NCBI RefSeq assembly: GCF_041623545.1
Contig: NZ_JBFJWS010000002.1
Span: 26,262-90,261 of the forward strand
Origin: Zhongshania sp.
GTDB lineage: Bacteria > Pseudomonadota > Gammaproteobacteria > Pseudomonadales > Spongiibacteraceae
Reading direction: 5' to 3'
Length of the DNA: 64,000 bases
Shown: in pieces, positions 35,017 to 44,623 of the stretch
How positions within the stretch are numbered: the first letter of the stretch is position 1
How the letters are laid out: each line of letters begins with the position of its first letter
Program-made: the position numbers and the translations under genes
Notes under the pieces: generated by a model
Seen by the model: only the letters and a program-made list of their open reading frames with translations
Told to the model about the DNA's origin: nothing
Databases searched by the model: none

Positions 35017-36240
35017 TTACCTTAGCGGAGCCAACCCAAATTCAATGAGAAGCTGTAAACTTGCGCCGCGCATTAATTGACTACCTATGCCGCCATTAAG
35101 TTGATCAAACGAATGCTCACCGTATGGGAATCCAATTACTCGGGCATCAACGCCTGCCGCGATCGCTTTTTTAGCGAAAGCATACACCGGCTCGGGGTGC
35201 AGAAGATGATCGGTCAAGCCGGGCAACAAAAGCGTGGCCGGCGCAGATGAATTGATATGTGTCTCAGAAGATATAGCCTTGTAGCGGCCTGGAAACGCCT
35301 CGGGCGTGCCACCGGTATATTGAACTCCCATCATACGAGCGAACCGTCCAACGATAACGTCGTCGTTTTCATACATCTGCCGAGCATCAATAATTGGATA
35401 AGCAGCAATACTAGCAACTATATTTGGCACCTGCCCTTCACACATGGGTTTTATTAGTCCGGCATTGGCCTGATAAGAGACATTCAATACGAGATTACCA
35501 CCTGCCGATTCGCCAAACATCGCTAGACGCGAGCCATCACCGCCATAGCGCTCAGCGTTGCGGCCAATCCAAGCTAAAGCGCATGCAACCTGTCGCTCAG
35601 CAACGCCCCAAGTGTGGCGATCTTCCGCCGACAAGCTGTATTCAACGGAAAAAACAAGGTAGCCTTGGTCCGCAAACCAGCGCATATCTGCCGCCCGATC
35701 ATGAACCGTGCCAGCTCCCCAGCCACCGCCATGCACATACACAAGGACAGGCTTTGGCGATTTCTCCTTGCTATTGGCCTGGGAGTATATCGCCACAGCC
35801 AAATCGTGGTCTTCATAACGTGTGTAGGTCTCAATAACAGCCGTCACACTCCCATGCCGCTCCCCACCTAGCCACAAGGTTCGAAGCAAGTTTATGTCAA
35901 CGCCATTTTGCTCAGCCACCGCAATTTGCTGTATTTGAATAAAAGCAGTTCCGGCGAATACAAAACTGGTAAAGGAAGTTAAAACCAGAATTCCGCGCTT
36001 ACCAAATTTGCGCCAACGAAAAAAAAATAACAACGCAGCAAGCAACGATAAGATCGATACCCACGGGCCAAATGGAAAAACTATTAGCGGTCCAATCACG
36101 CCAAATACAGGTACTTGGGGTAAAAAGCAGGCAAGTGTTGCGATTGCGAGAATAGCGGAAAAAGTATAAACGATGAATATCATCGCCTTTTCTGAAATCA
36201 ACTTTATTGTAGACATTATATTATTGCTAGTATTGCTCAT
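35017..36240 (-). CDS. Membrane-anchored alpha/beta hydrolase (family IV esterase catalytic domain)
   Basis: 407 aa. The first ~110 residues form 3-4 hydrophobic helices. The catalytic domain has VYVHGGGWGAG and GESAGGNLV. Confidence 0.8.
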   Translation of the reverse strand: MSNTSNNIMSTIKLISEKAMIFIVYTFSAILAIATLACFLPQVPVFGVIGPLIVFPFGPWVSILSLLAALLFFFRWRKFGKRGILVLTSFTSFVFAGTAFIQIQQIAVAEQNGVDINLLRTLWLGGERHGSVTAVIETYTRYEDHDLAVAIYSQANSKEKSPKPVLVYVHGGGWGAGTVHDRAADMRWFADQGYLVFSVEYSLSAEDRHTWGVAERQVACALAWIGRNAERYGGDGSRLAMFGESAGGNLVLNVSYQANAGLIKPMCEGQVPNIVASIAAYPIIDARQMYENDDVIVGRFARMMGVQYTGGTPEAFPGRYKAISSETHINSSAPATLLLPGLTDHLLHPEPVYAFAKKAIAAGVDARVIGFPYGEHSFDQLNGGIGSQLMRGASLQLLIEFGLAPLR

Positions 36241-36282
36241 TAGTCAGTGTTCCACTATACGGCCCGCACGGCGGGCCGTACT

Positions 36283-36675
36283 TTACTTAGATGTAATCGA
36301 CTTCTGTAACTTCACCTTGGTATGAGATATTTTCCAACCCTGCTCAGTGCGCACTAGCGTTCGATAATACCAACCATTATTTGAGTACTGGCTGTCGTTG
36401 CCGGTGAACATATAGCTCTGTATGGTTTCAGCTGAGTCCCCGTCGAGGGTAATGCGAGCCGGGCCGCCGATATGCACGCCGTGCGGCGCCTGCGACAGCA
36501 TCGCCGCAACTTCATCGTGACCACGCAGCGTTTGACGAAACACTTCGTACACAGTATCAGCGGTAAAAAGATCCAGCCATTCGTCAAAGGTATTCACTTC
36601 AAGACGAAGGCAATATTCGTCAAGCACCTCTTTAATAGCTTGTTTATCAATTACGGTCTGTAGGTCCATATTCAC
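36283..36675 (-). CDS. SnoaL-like / NTF2-fold protein
   Basis: ~130 aa. Pattern DKQAIKEVLDEYCLRLEVNTFDEWLDLFTADTVY....GWKISHTKV is typical of NTF2-like (SnoaL_4) proteins. GTG at 36675 or ATG at 36669. Confidence 0.6.
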   Translation of the reverse strand: MNMDLQTVIDKQAIKEVLDEYCLRLEVNTFDEWLDLFTADTVYEVFRQTLRGHDEVAAMLSQAPHGVHIGGPARITLDGDSAETIQSYMFTGNDSQYSNNGWYYRTLVRTEQGWKISHTKVKLQKSITSK

Positions 36676-36695
36676 TGCCCCGAGTTTCTTATTTT

Positions 36696-38234
36696 TTAAC
36701 TTTCTTCACTGCGGCCAATCCGCTCAATCATCATGTTCGCTATTTCACGCCGCGCCACCTTATTACTCGGCAACATTGGCACCTCATCTCGACTGATAGC
36801 AATATATTCTCGAGGCACTTTAAAACCCGAAAGTTTTTGACGCAGCTCTTTTTGAACTAATTCAAAATCGAGCTCGACACCATCGCGAGGCACCACCGCC
36901 GCAACCACCAACTGCCCCCGCTCTTGGTCAGGAATACCCACAACGTAGGCCGAATGCACGCCATCAATTTGTTGCAGCTCCAGCTCGACTTCAGCGGGCG
37001 AAACATTGGAGCTTGCCGACTTAATCATATCGCCGTTGCGGCCCACAAAATGAATGCGCTTACCCTCTCGCACCCCCATATCACCGGTGTGATAAAAGCC
37101 ATCGGCCGCAAAATAAACGTCGCGCTCAACCTTGTGCAAACCGGGTGTTAGCGGATAGCCGCGCACTTGGATCTCGCCGGGAACTCCCTCTGGAACAGGC
37201 ATATTATTTTCATCAACCACACGCACTTCATAACCGTCGGCAATATGATCTAAGGGCGCGCTTAGCGGATAACCCTCAGCCCTCAGCTCGTCTCCATAGG
37301 AGTATGGCCCAAGGGTCTCGGTCATTCCTAAGGCCCACAACGTAGTGCCCTCTGGGAATTTCGGCATATCTTCTTTCGCTAAAACCGAACCCATCGCGGC
37401 GCGACTATTGGTCGAGGTTCCCTCGGTACACATAACCACAGCGCCAACTTCCCATGCTGACAGGAGAAACAGCATCAAACCGCCCACCCAAAACATGGGC
37501 AAGGATGCGGGAATTGGCATGCCACGGCCCAGCATACTCTTAGAGCAAAGATAGTGAGTACGGAACATTGTCGGGCCGTGATTGTGTTTTACGCCTTTGG
37601 GCAAGGCCATGGATCCGGAGGTATATATTTCTATTAGCTGATCGGTCGGATGAATTTCCGCCTCGACTTCCGCTAATAACTCCTCGCTAACACTCGCCGC
37701 AGCAGACTTGATCCAGTCTAAATCGTGAAAAGATTCTGGTAGTGAGTCACCAGTCGATACCAGCCAGCGCAAAAACGGTGCCTCAGGCAAGCGTAAATCC
37801 GCGCTACCAGCCTCCGACAAGCTTGGAAATGCATCGCAAAACCGCTCAACATAATCTTTGCCAAGCAGCGTTCGCTGTACAATCACACCGGTCACATCAG
37901 ATTGACGTAACACTCGAACTAATTCATTACTTTTAATCAAGGTACTGATCGGAATGGCGATAGCGCCGGCTCTGGCAATCGCCGCAAACATCAAAGCAAA
38001 TGACGGGCCATTACCGTATATAAAGCCAACGCGAGTACCCTTGCCCACACCGCGCGCCAACAAGCCCCGCGCTAGCTCAGCGGATTGGCGATCTAGCTCA
38101 GCAAACGAGATCGACTGGTTCTCGATGGCGTCACCTGCGAGATTAAGTGCCACATCATCGCCGTATGCCGCCGCTGCAGCACGGATAAACTGCGGAAAGG
38201 TTTTGGCTAGCCGAATGTCGTCGATACCACTCAC
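36696..38234 (-). CDS. AMP-dependent acyl-CoA synthetase/ligase
   Basis: 512 aa. GTG start at 38234 with a strong SD (TTAAGGAGTTTTTC GTG). AMP-binding core IYTSGSMALPKGVKHNH and C-terminal FYHTGDMG...GRNGDMIK. Confidence 0.85.
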   Translation of the reverse strand: MSGIDDIRLAKTFPQFIRAAAAAYGDDVALNLAGDAIENQSISFAELDRQSAELARGLLARGVGKGTRVGFIYGNGPSFALMFAAIARAGAIAIPISTLIKSNELVRVLRQSDVTGVIVQRTLLGKDYVERFCDAFPSLSEAGSADLRLPEAPFLRWLVSTGDSLPESFHDLDWIKSAAASVSEELLAEVEAEIHPTDQLIEIYTSGSMALPKGVKHNHGPTMFRTHYLCSKSMLGRGMPIPASLPMFWVGGLMLFLLSAWEVGAVVMCTEGTSTNSRAAMGSVLAKEDMPKFPEGTTLWALGMTETLGPYSYGDELRAEGYPLSAPLDHIADGYEVRVVDENNMPVPEGVPGEIQVRGYPLTPGLHKVERDVYFAADGFYHTGDMGVREGKRIHFVGRNGDMIKSASSNVSPAEVELELQQIDGVHSAYVVGIPDQERGQLVVAAVVPRDGVELDFELVQKELRQKLSGFKVPREYIAISRDEVPMLPSNKVARREIANMMIERIGRSEES

Positions 38235-38572
38235 GAAAAACTCCTTAAGCGTGCAATTTAGTAAAGCATTCCAAATTATGGACCAGCCTTAGCGGCATGA
38301 ACTTGGGATTCACAAAATTAGGCCTGAATTATTTATTAAATGTTATGCGGCGCTGAGGCTGACTTCAGCCACCAACAGCCCCTCTGGCAGGAGGCTAGAA
38401 TCACGCAAAATAACACAATGCACATGGATCATAGCATTAATATAAATAGCGACACAATTGCAAGAACGAGCCTCAAAAGTAATCTACGCAGAGGCATCAA
38501 CACTAGAGGGCAGTATAATGAACGCTGAAAATAGCCCACACTACGGCATTCTAAGTGCGACGACATAAACAG

Positions 38573-38609
38573 TTGCAATACATATAGGTCATTGCATTAT
38601 AATGAAATG
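38573..38609 (+). promoter_or_regulatory. Conserved promoter/operator module A (palindromic core CATTATAATG)
   Basis: TTGCAATACATATAGGTCATTGCATTATAATGAAATG. 27 of 37 positions are identical to the reverse complement of 60303-60339, including a 15-nt exact block ATTGCATTATAATGA. Contains TATAAT inside the near-palindrome TCATTGCATTA/TAATGAAATGA. Confidence 0.5.
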
Positions 38610-38791
38610 AGCTATGGTGCCGTAAGAGTCGCCAATTCGCGCCGGCTAAACGCTAATCACACCAAGCGTAAGGCTCCCGCGACTCACGTCAAAGATCGCA
38701 CTATCTCTTTGATTCAAAAGAACTAATTAATACATAACAGTAAATATAAAGACATTTTTCGCTCATTTTCAGAGCCACACAGGAGTCTACC

Positions 38792-40999
38792 ATGCAGCTC
38801 AGCTTGCCAAATGACAGCGTACCGGTAAAAGAAATGTTCGAGCGCTTCTTCGCGACCGAATCCACCTCAGAACGCATTCGAGCTGCAGAACCAATAGGTT
38901 TCGACCCCGCACTATGGCGCGAGCTCATCGCCCTAGACCTCCCTTTCATGCGGATGTCAGAGAAGGCCGGTGGCAGCGCTATGAGTCTGTTTGACGCCTG
39001 TTTAATGATGGAACAAGCCGGTCGCCGGCTGGCATCTGTGCCCCTTGCCGAGTCGGTGGTTGCCCTGCGTATTCTGGGCGAGCTAGGCGGCGATGTCGCG
39101 ACTCAGTGGATTGAACAAGTTCGCGACGGCGAAAGCGTACTAACGATTGCGCTACACCCTACGGTTACCGGCAAGCCGCAATTGGTGACCGGCGGCGCGG
39201 TTGCCAAAGGCATACTGAGCTTTAACGGCACTGAAGTAACAATCGAAGTGCCATCGCAAGCTTTAGAAGCACCTGCGACCTTGGGTGGCTCTGCCATTGG
39301 TGTATTTGTACCTGGCCAAGGCAAGCGCCTCGTCGTGGCCAGTGGTGAGCAGGCCAAAAAAGTTTGGGCGGCTGGAATTGAAGAATGGAAGATTCTCACC
39401 GCAGCGGCCTTAGTTGGTCTGTCCCGCGAGGCACTGACCATGGCCGCGGAATACGCCTGCGAGCGGATCGCCTTCGGCCAGCCAATCGGCGCTAATCAGG
39501 GCATTGCACACCCCCTCGCCGTGGATGTGATAGACGCCGACGGCGGCGCAATGTTGCTGTGGTGGACCCTCGACGCCATTGCAAACAAACGCGATGATGC
39601 TGGCGCCAATATTTCCGGCCTATACTGGTGGGCTAGCCGCACCGCGAGAAATTCCGTCGCTCACGCCATTCAAACCTTTGGCGGCTATGGACTCACAATT
39701 GAATATGACATCCAGCTCTATCATCGCCGCGCCAAATCCTGGGCGCAGGTTTACGGTGACCCAAATACCGAACTCACCCGCGCCGGTCGGCGCCTATTAT
39801 TAAACGAGCCTGTTACCTTACCGGATGTCGGTTTGCTCGAAGTCAATTTCGAGGCCCCGACATTCACTCACCCGCTTGGCGACGAGGCACGGGCGATCTA
39901 CTCTGCCCTTCTCGACCCAGAGCGCGAAGATTTTGGTGAGCAAAACTTTGAAGCCCACAACTGGGACGTTCATCGCGCCCTAGGCAAAGCCGGACTACTC
40001 TACCCCGACTGGCCGTCGAAATGGGGTGGCCGCGACGCAGACTCCGACGCAAGTAAAGCCTGTATGGCGGCGGCGGCGGAAGCGGGTTATGCCGGGCTCG
40101 CCCGGGGCGTAACTAGTATGGCCGGTGTTCTAACGCAAAAATTTGGCCAAGCGGAATTGCAAGAAGAAGTCCTGCGCGCCTTCGCCAGCGGAGAAAAAAC
40201 CTCCTGCCTCGGTTTTACCGAGCCCTCTGGCGGTTCCGACGTCTTTGCTGCCAAAACTCGTGCAGTGCGCGATGGCGATGAGTGGGTAATCAATGGCCAG
40301 AAGATGTTCACCTCCGGCGCGGAACTGGCTAGCTACGTACTCCTGCTGACCCGAACAGACCCCGACGTGCCCAAGCACAAAGGCTTAACCCTTTTCCTTG
40401 TGCCTCTTGATCATCCCGGCATTGAAATTCAGCCTATACATACCTTTATGGATGAGCTGACCAACGCGACATTCTATGCCGATGTTCGCATACCTGACCG
40501 CTACCGCTTAGGCGAAGTGAACAGCGGTGTGAAAACCATGAGCGCGGCGCTCTCAATGGAGCAAGGCGGTAGTTATTACCACTTCCAAATGCGCGACATG
40601 CTCGATGCGGTAGCCGAATGGGCCAAAAGTGAAGAGCGCGACGGTGCAACAGTCATCGAGCACCCAGATACACTCAGCCGCCTCGCCCGAGTATTCACCC
40701 AGGCCAATGTCAGCGAGTCGTTAAACGCACGCGCACAATGGACTCAAGTTGCCGGTGAAACCGATTTTGCCTACGGCCCAGCATCAAAAGTATTCTCGAC
40801 TCAGGCATTTATCGATAACTCTGCAGATCTACTCGACCTCGCCGCGCCGGCGTCGATGATACGCAGCCACAAGGGTCTAGGCGTGGTTGAAAAAGGCTAC
40901 CGTCACTCATCGGCGACATCGGTGTACGGCGGCACCAGTGAAGTGCTGCGCAGTATGGTTGCCGAGCGCCGCCTTGGTCTGCCGCGCAGCCGTTCCTAG
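38792..40999 (+). CDS. Fused two-domain acyl-CoA dehydrogenase (beta-like N-half, alpha-like C-half)
   Basis: 735 aa, SD AGGAG at 38781. The C-half has canonical ACAD motifs (GFTEPSGGSDV, WVINGQKMFTSGA, YGGTSEVLRSMVAER). The N-half has ACAD C-terminal-domain-like sequence (ERIAFGQPIGANQGIAHPLA, QTFGGYGLTIEYDIQLYHRRAK) but no TEPxxGSD motif. Confidence 0.85.
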   Translation: MQLSLPNDSVPVKEMFERFFATESTSERIRAAEPIGFDPALWRELIALDLPFMRMSEKAGGSAMSLFDACLMMEQAGRRLASVPLAESVVALRILGELGGDVATQWIEQVRDGESVLTIALHPTVTGKPQLVTGGAVAKGILSFNGTEVTIEVPSQALEAPATLGGSAIGVFVPGQGKRLVVASGEQAKKVWAAGIEEWKILTAAALVGLSREALTMAAEYACERIAFGQPIGANQGIAHPLAVDVIDADGGAMLLWWTLDAIANKRDDAGANISGLYWWASRTARNSVAHAIQTFGGYGLTIEYDIQLYHRRAKSWAQVYGDPNTELTRAGRRLLLNEPVTLPDVGLLEVNFEAPTFTHPLGDEARAIYSALLDPEREDFGEQNFEAHNWDVHRALGKAGLLYPDWPSKWGGRDADSDASKACMAAAAEAGYAGLARGVTSMAGVLTQKFGQAELQEEVLRAFASGEKTSCLGFTEPSGGSDVFAAKTRAVRDGDEWVINGQKMFTSGAELASYVLLLTRTDPDVPKHKGLTLFLVPLDHPGIEIQPIHTFMDELTNATFYADVRIPDRYRLGEVNSGVKTMSAALSMEQGGSYYHFQMRDMLDAVAEWAKSEERDGATVIEHPDTLSRLARVFTQANVSESLNARAQWTQVAGETDFAYGPASKVFSTQAFIDNSADLLDLAAPASMIRSHKGLGVVEKGYRHSSATSVYGGTSEVLRSMVAERRLGLPRSRS

Positions 41000-41125
41000 C
41001 GTATTAAGAGGCTAGTTTGTAGCGATATCGGCAATTATTGTCGACATCGCTACACTGGCAAAATAGCGCCCCTTAATAGCCAAAATAGCACAACGCTAAC
41101 GTTTTAAATTTAAGGATGACTGTCT

Positions 41126-42676
41126 ATGAATCCGGGAGTTTACGCAAAAACACAGGGTCACAAACCCGCGGTTATCCAACCGGCCACTGGGAAAATGCTT
41201 AGCTATAGCGAGCTGAATGCACGCTCAAATCAGCTCGCCCATTTACTGCATGACGAAGGCTTACGCGCTGGCGATCACACTGCTATCTTTCTAGAAAACC
41301 ATCTCGCCTATTTCGAAGCGATATGGGCCTGCCTGCGCTCCGGCCTGTACTTCACCCCGATCAATAGCCACCTCTCAGCGACAGAAGCGGCCTACATTGT
41401 CGACGATTGCGATGCAAAAGTATTGATCGGTTCCGCGGCGCTAGAGCAGACCGCTGAGCTGGGAAAACTCGCCCCCCGCTGCAGTTTGAAACTCTCCGTT
41501 GGCGGTGCCATTGACGGGTTTGCGGACTACGAAATGGCACTGAAGGGAAAGCCCGCCACGAATCTCGCCGAGGAACGCCTCGGCACCATGATGCTGTACT
41601 CCTCAGGTACCACGGGCAGACCCAAGGGCATATTGCGACCACTGTCCGACGCCCCTGCAGAAAAAGGCAGCCCCAGCGTGCAGTTTCTTGCCGACCTGTT
41701 CGGTTACGACAAAAACACCGTTTACCTCTGTCCTGCACCGCTCTACCACGGCGCGCCAATTGGTTCTGCTGCTGCAGTCATTCAAAACGGCGGCACCGTC
41801 GTGGTCATGAATAAATTTGACCCAGAGACCGCGCTTAAATTAATTCAAGAACACAAGGTCACCCACAGCCAGTGGGTGCCGGCTATGTTTATCAAAATGC
41901 TGAAACTGCCGGAGGCAATACGCAAGCAATACGATGTATCCAGCCTCAAGCACGCAACACACGCTGCGGCTCCCTGCCCCGTCGACGTAAAACGCCAGAT
42001 GATCGAATGGTGGGGCCCAGTCATTGACGAATACTACTCCTCCACTGAAAGCGCTGGCATGGCGTTTATCAGCAGCGAGGAATGGCTGGAACGACCAGGC
42101 TCAGTGGGTAGAGCAAAGGGCAAGGCCTTTCATATTTGTGACGACGACGGCAATGAATTACCCGCCGGGAAAGAAGGTGTCATTTACGGCGAAGTACCAG
42201 CTGGCCCGCAGTTCATCTATCATAAAGACCCTGAAAAAACCAAATCTGTCACCCATCCCACTAATCCATCATGGATCAACGTCGGCGATATTGGCTACCT
42301 CGACGACGAAGGCTATCTCTATATCACCGATCGCAAGTCGTTCATGATTATTTCTGGTGGCGTCAATATCTATCCCCAACAAATTGAAGACGCACTGGCG
42401 CTGCATCCAAAACTCACCGACGTTGCCGTCATCGGGGTGCCAAATGATGATCTCGGCGAAGAAGCCAAGGCCGTAGTGCAGCTCGCACCGGGCGTTACGC
42501 CGTCTGAGGAATTGACCGAAGAATTAAAAGAATTTGTTCGCGCCAAACTCGGCAAGCAGTTAGTCCCCCGCTCGGTGAGCTATATCGACGTGCTCCCACG
42601 GATGCCCACTGGCAAGCTCAATAAAAAAGAATTGCAGGCCAGATACAAGGCCGCCGCAGCGTCTGCTGCCAACTAA
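41126..42676 (+). CDS. Acyl-CoA synthetase (AMP-forming)
   Basis: 516 aa. MLYSSGTTGRPKGI, YSSTES, GDIGYLDDEGYLYITDRKSFMIISGGVNIYP, PTGKLNKKEL. Confidence 0.88.
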   Translation: MNPGVYAKTQGHKPAVIQPATGKMLSYSELNARSNQLAHLLHDEGLRAGDHTAIFLENHLAYFEAIWACLRSGLYFTPINSHLSATEAAYIVDDCDAKVLIGSAALEQTAELGKLAPRCSLKLSVGGAIDGFADYEMALKGKPATNLAEERLGTMMLYSSGTTGRPKGILRPLSDAPAEKGSPSVQFLADLFGYDKNTVYLCPAPLYHGAPIGSAAAVIQNGGTVVVMNKFDPETALKLIQEHKVTHSQWVPAMFIKMLKLPEAIRKQYDVSSLKHATHAAAPCPVDVKRQMIEWWGPVIDEYYSSTESAGMAFISSEEWLERPGSVGRAKGKAFHICDDDGNELPAGKEGVIYGEVPAGPQFIYHKDPEKTKSVTHPTNPSWINVGDIGYLDDEGYLYITDRKSFMIISGGVNIYPQQIEDALALHPKLTDVAVIGVPNDDLGEEAKAVVQLAPGVTPSEELTEELKEFVRAKLGKQLVPRSVSYIDVLPRMPTGKLNKKELQARYKAAAASAAN

Positions 42677-42696
42677 GCATTTGAGAAGGGGTACCC

Positions 42697-43554
42697 ATGC
42701 CATTTAAATATGAAGAACTGATAAACAAAAGTTCTGATGACATTGCCTTTAGCTATACTGACACGCAAATGCTGCTGTACAACTTGAGCATTGGGATGGG
42801 CCGCGACCCACTCAATGGGCAGGAATTGCCTTTCGTTTTTGAGCGCCCTGCACTGCAAGTCATGCCAAGCGCGGCGGCAGTACTCGGCGGTGGTCGCGCC
42901 AACCTTCTTGGCAAGGTGAATTTAAACTGGACAAAGATTCTTCACGGCGAGCAGCGCCTGACCTGCCATAGCACTATTCCACCCGCTGCCAATCTCATTG
43001 GCAAAACACGGGTTTCTGAAATTGTCGACAAGGGCGCAGATAAAGGCGCGCTTATCACCTTGCAAATGGACGTGCGTCTCGCCAGTGGCGAGCCACTGTA
43101 CACAATAGAAAATGTTACCTTTGCCCGAGGTGACGGTGGCTGCGGCGGACCAAACTCTGCGGCACAAGCGCCCCACGCCATCCCCGAGCGCGCGCCAGAT
43201 ATTATTCATATTAGCGAAACCCGCATCGATCAAGCCCTGCTTTATCGCTTAAATGGCGATCGAAACCCACTGCATGCCGATCCGGCGCTAGCGACCAAAG
43301 CTGGATTTGAACGCCCTATTCTGCACGGTCTATGTACCTACGGAATCGCCTGCCGAGCGGTATTGGCCAGTGTTTGCGGCTATCAAACAACACGAATGAA
43401 AAGCTTTGATGTGCGCTTCACGTCACCTGTTTTCCCCGGCGACACCATCCATACCGACATATGGATTGACGCCAATGTGGTGTCTTTCCGCTGCCGAGTC
43501 GAAGCGCGAAATATCATTGCCCTGAATAACGGCCGCTGCGAAGTTAGCGCCTAA
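42697..43554 (+). CDS. MaoC-type (R)-specific enoyl-CoA hydratase, double hot-dog (MFE-2 hydratase-2 domain-like)
   Basis: 285 aa. Hydratase-2 signature YRLNGDRNPLHADPALATKAGFERPILHG. Confidence 0.85.
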   Translation: MPFKYEELINKSSDDIAFSYTDTQMLLYNLSIGMGRDPLNGQELPFVFERPALQVMPSAAAVLGGGRANLLGKVNLNWTKILHGEQRLTCHSTIPPAANLIGKTRVSEIVDKGADKGALITLQMDVRLASGEPLYTIENVTFARGDGGCGGPNSAAQAPHAIPERAPDIIHISETRIDQALLYRLNGDRNPLHADPALATKAGFERPILHGLCTYGIACRAVLASVCGYQTTRMKSFDVRFTSPVFPGDTIHTDIWIDANVVSFRCRVEARNIIALNNGRCEVSA

Positions 43555-43577
43555 CAACAATGTTTTTGGAGAATATT

Positions 43578-44513
43578 ATGTCCTCGAATATCAGTGAATC
43601 GCCGGTTGCCATTGTGACTGGCGCCGGACGCGGTCTCGGTCGTGAACACGCCTTGGCATTGGCCCGCGCTGGCTACAACCTTGTCGTTAATGATCTCGGT
43701 GGTGCTGGCAATGGCATTGGCGCCGACGCCACGCCAGCACAGCAAGTCGTCGCCGAAATTGAAGCCATCGGACGTAAGGCCGTGGTCGATGGCGCTGATG
43801 TGTCGAACTGGCAAGCCGCGGGCGAACTCATTCAAAAAGCCATCGACACCTTTGGCAGGCTGGATGGGCTTGTTAACAATGCGGGCATCCTCCGCGACCG
43901 CACCATCGTCAATATGACCGAGGAAGACTGGGACCTTTCCATCGCCGTTAACCTGAAAGGCACCGCCGCCCCCCTGCACCACGCCGCAGCCTACTGGCGC
44001 AATTTAAGCAAAGCGACTGGAGCACCAGTGCGCGGCGCCGTCGTTAATACGACTTCAGCTTCCGGCCTGTATTCTGGCACTGGTCAGGCGAACTATGCCG
44101 CAGCAAAAGCCGGCGTGGCGTCAATGAGCCTAGTCGCAGCTCGGGAGTTAGAACGCTATGGCGTGCGGGTGAACTGCCTTGCCCCCGCGGCTACAACTCG
44201 GCTAACCGAGGCGGTAATGGGCGACGAGATGAAGGCAAAATTAAACCCCGCGCTGGTATCCGCCTTAGTGGTTTACCTGCTCGGACCGGAAGCGGTCGAG
44301 GTCAACGGCAGAGTATTTGAAATGGGCGGTGGCGCCTACGTTCCTGTCAATATGCCCAGCCCCGGTGCTGGATTGCGGGCCCAGGACGGCGTATGGACGG
44401 CGGAACGCATAGCCCAAGTCACGCCAGGCCTGTTAGCGCAGATGCCCGCCTCAACCACACCAGTTGATGCAATTAAATACATGTTCAACGCCCCCGTCGA
44501 CGGCGCTGAATAA
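43578..44513 (+). CDS. Short-chain dehydrogenase, MFE-2 N-terminal (3-hydroxyacyl-CoA dehydrogenase)-like
   Basis: The ATG at 43578 has GGAG 7 nt upstream. VAIVTGAGRGLGREHALALARAGYNLVVNDLGG; catalytic YAAAKAG; NNAGILRD. Confidence 0.85.
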   Translation: MSSNISESPVAIVTGAGRGLGREHALALARAGYNLVVNDLGGAGNGIGADATPAQQVVAEIEAIGRKAVVDGADVSNWQAAGELIQKAIDTFGRLDGLVNNAGILRDRTIVNMTEEDWDLSIAVNLKGTAAPLHHAAAYWRNLSKATGAPVRGAVVNTTSASGLYSGTGQANYAAAKAGVASMSLVAARELERYGVRVNCLAPAATTRLTEAVMGDEMKAKLNPALVSALVVYLLGPEAVEVNGRVFEMGGGAYVPVNMPSPGAGLRAQDGVWTAERIAQVTPGLLAQMPASTTPVDAIKYMFNAPVDGAE

Positions 44514-44623
44514 GTTAGTGTACAGCCACTCGCCATCGACCAAGAGCTTGCACAGTCGTTGGCGAGAAATTAAAAGATATTCCTTAAAGCGAAGCTTCAA
44601 TAATCATAAAATGGAAGTAATGT

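Noticed and set aside
36019-36027. Homopolymer runs in coding regions as phase-variation switches: A9 at 36019-36027 in the esterase, A8 at 13056-13063 in DUF1592, T8 near 4126-4133 in TetR-2
   Set aside because: All are in frame and encode plausible Phe or Lys runs. The lengths are below those usually associated with phase variation, and there is no evidence of alternative frames.
38340-38528. 62-aa ORF in the long ligase/ACAD intergenic region
   Set aside because: No SD, odd composition, and it lies in a region better explained as a divergent promoter plus 5' UTR. It could only be rescued by ribosome profiling.
43551-43982. 143-aa minus-strand ORF overlapping the SDR gene start
   Set aside because: Antisense to a clear SDR (TGAGRGLG, YAAAK). 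Gly/Asp-rich mirror translation.
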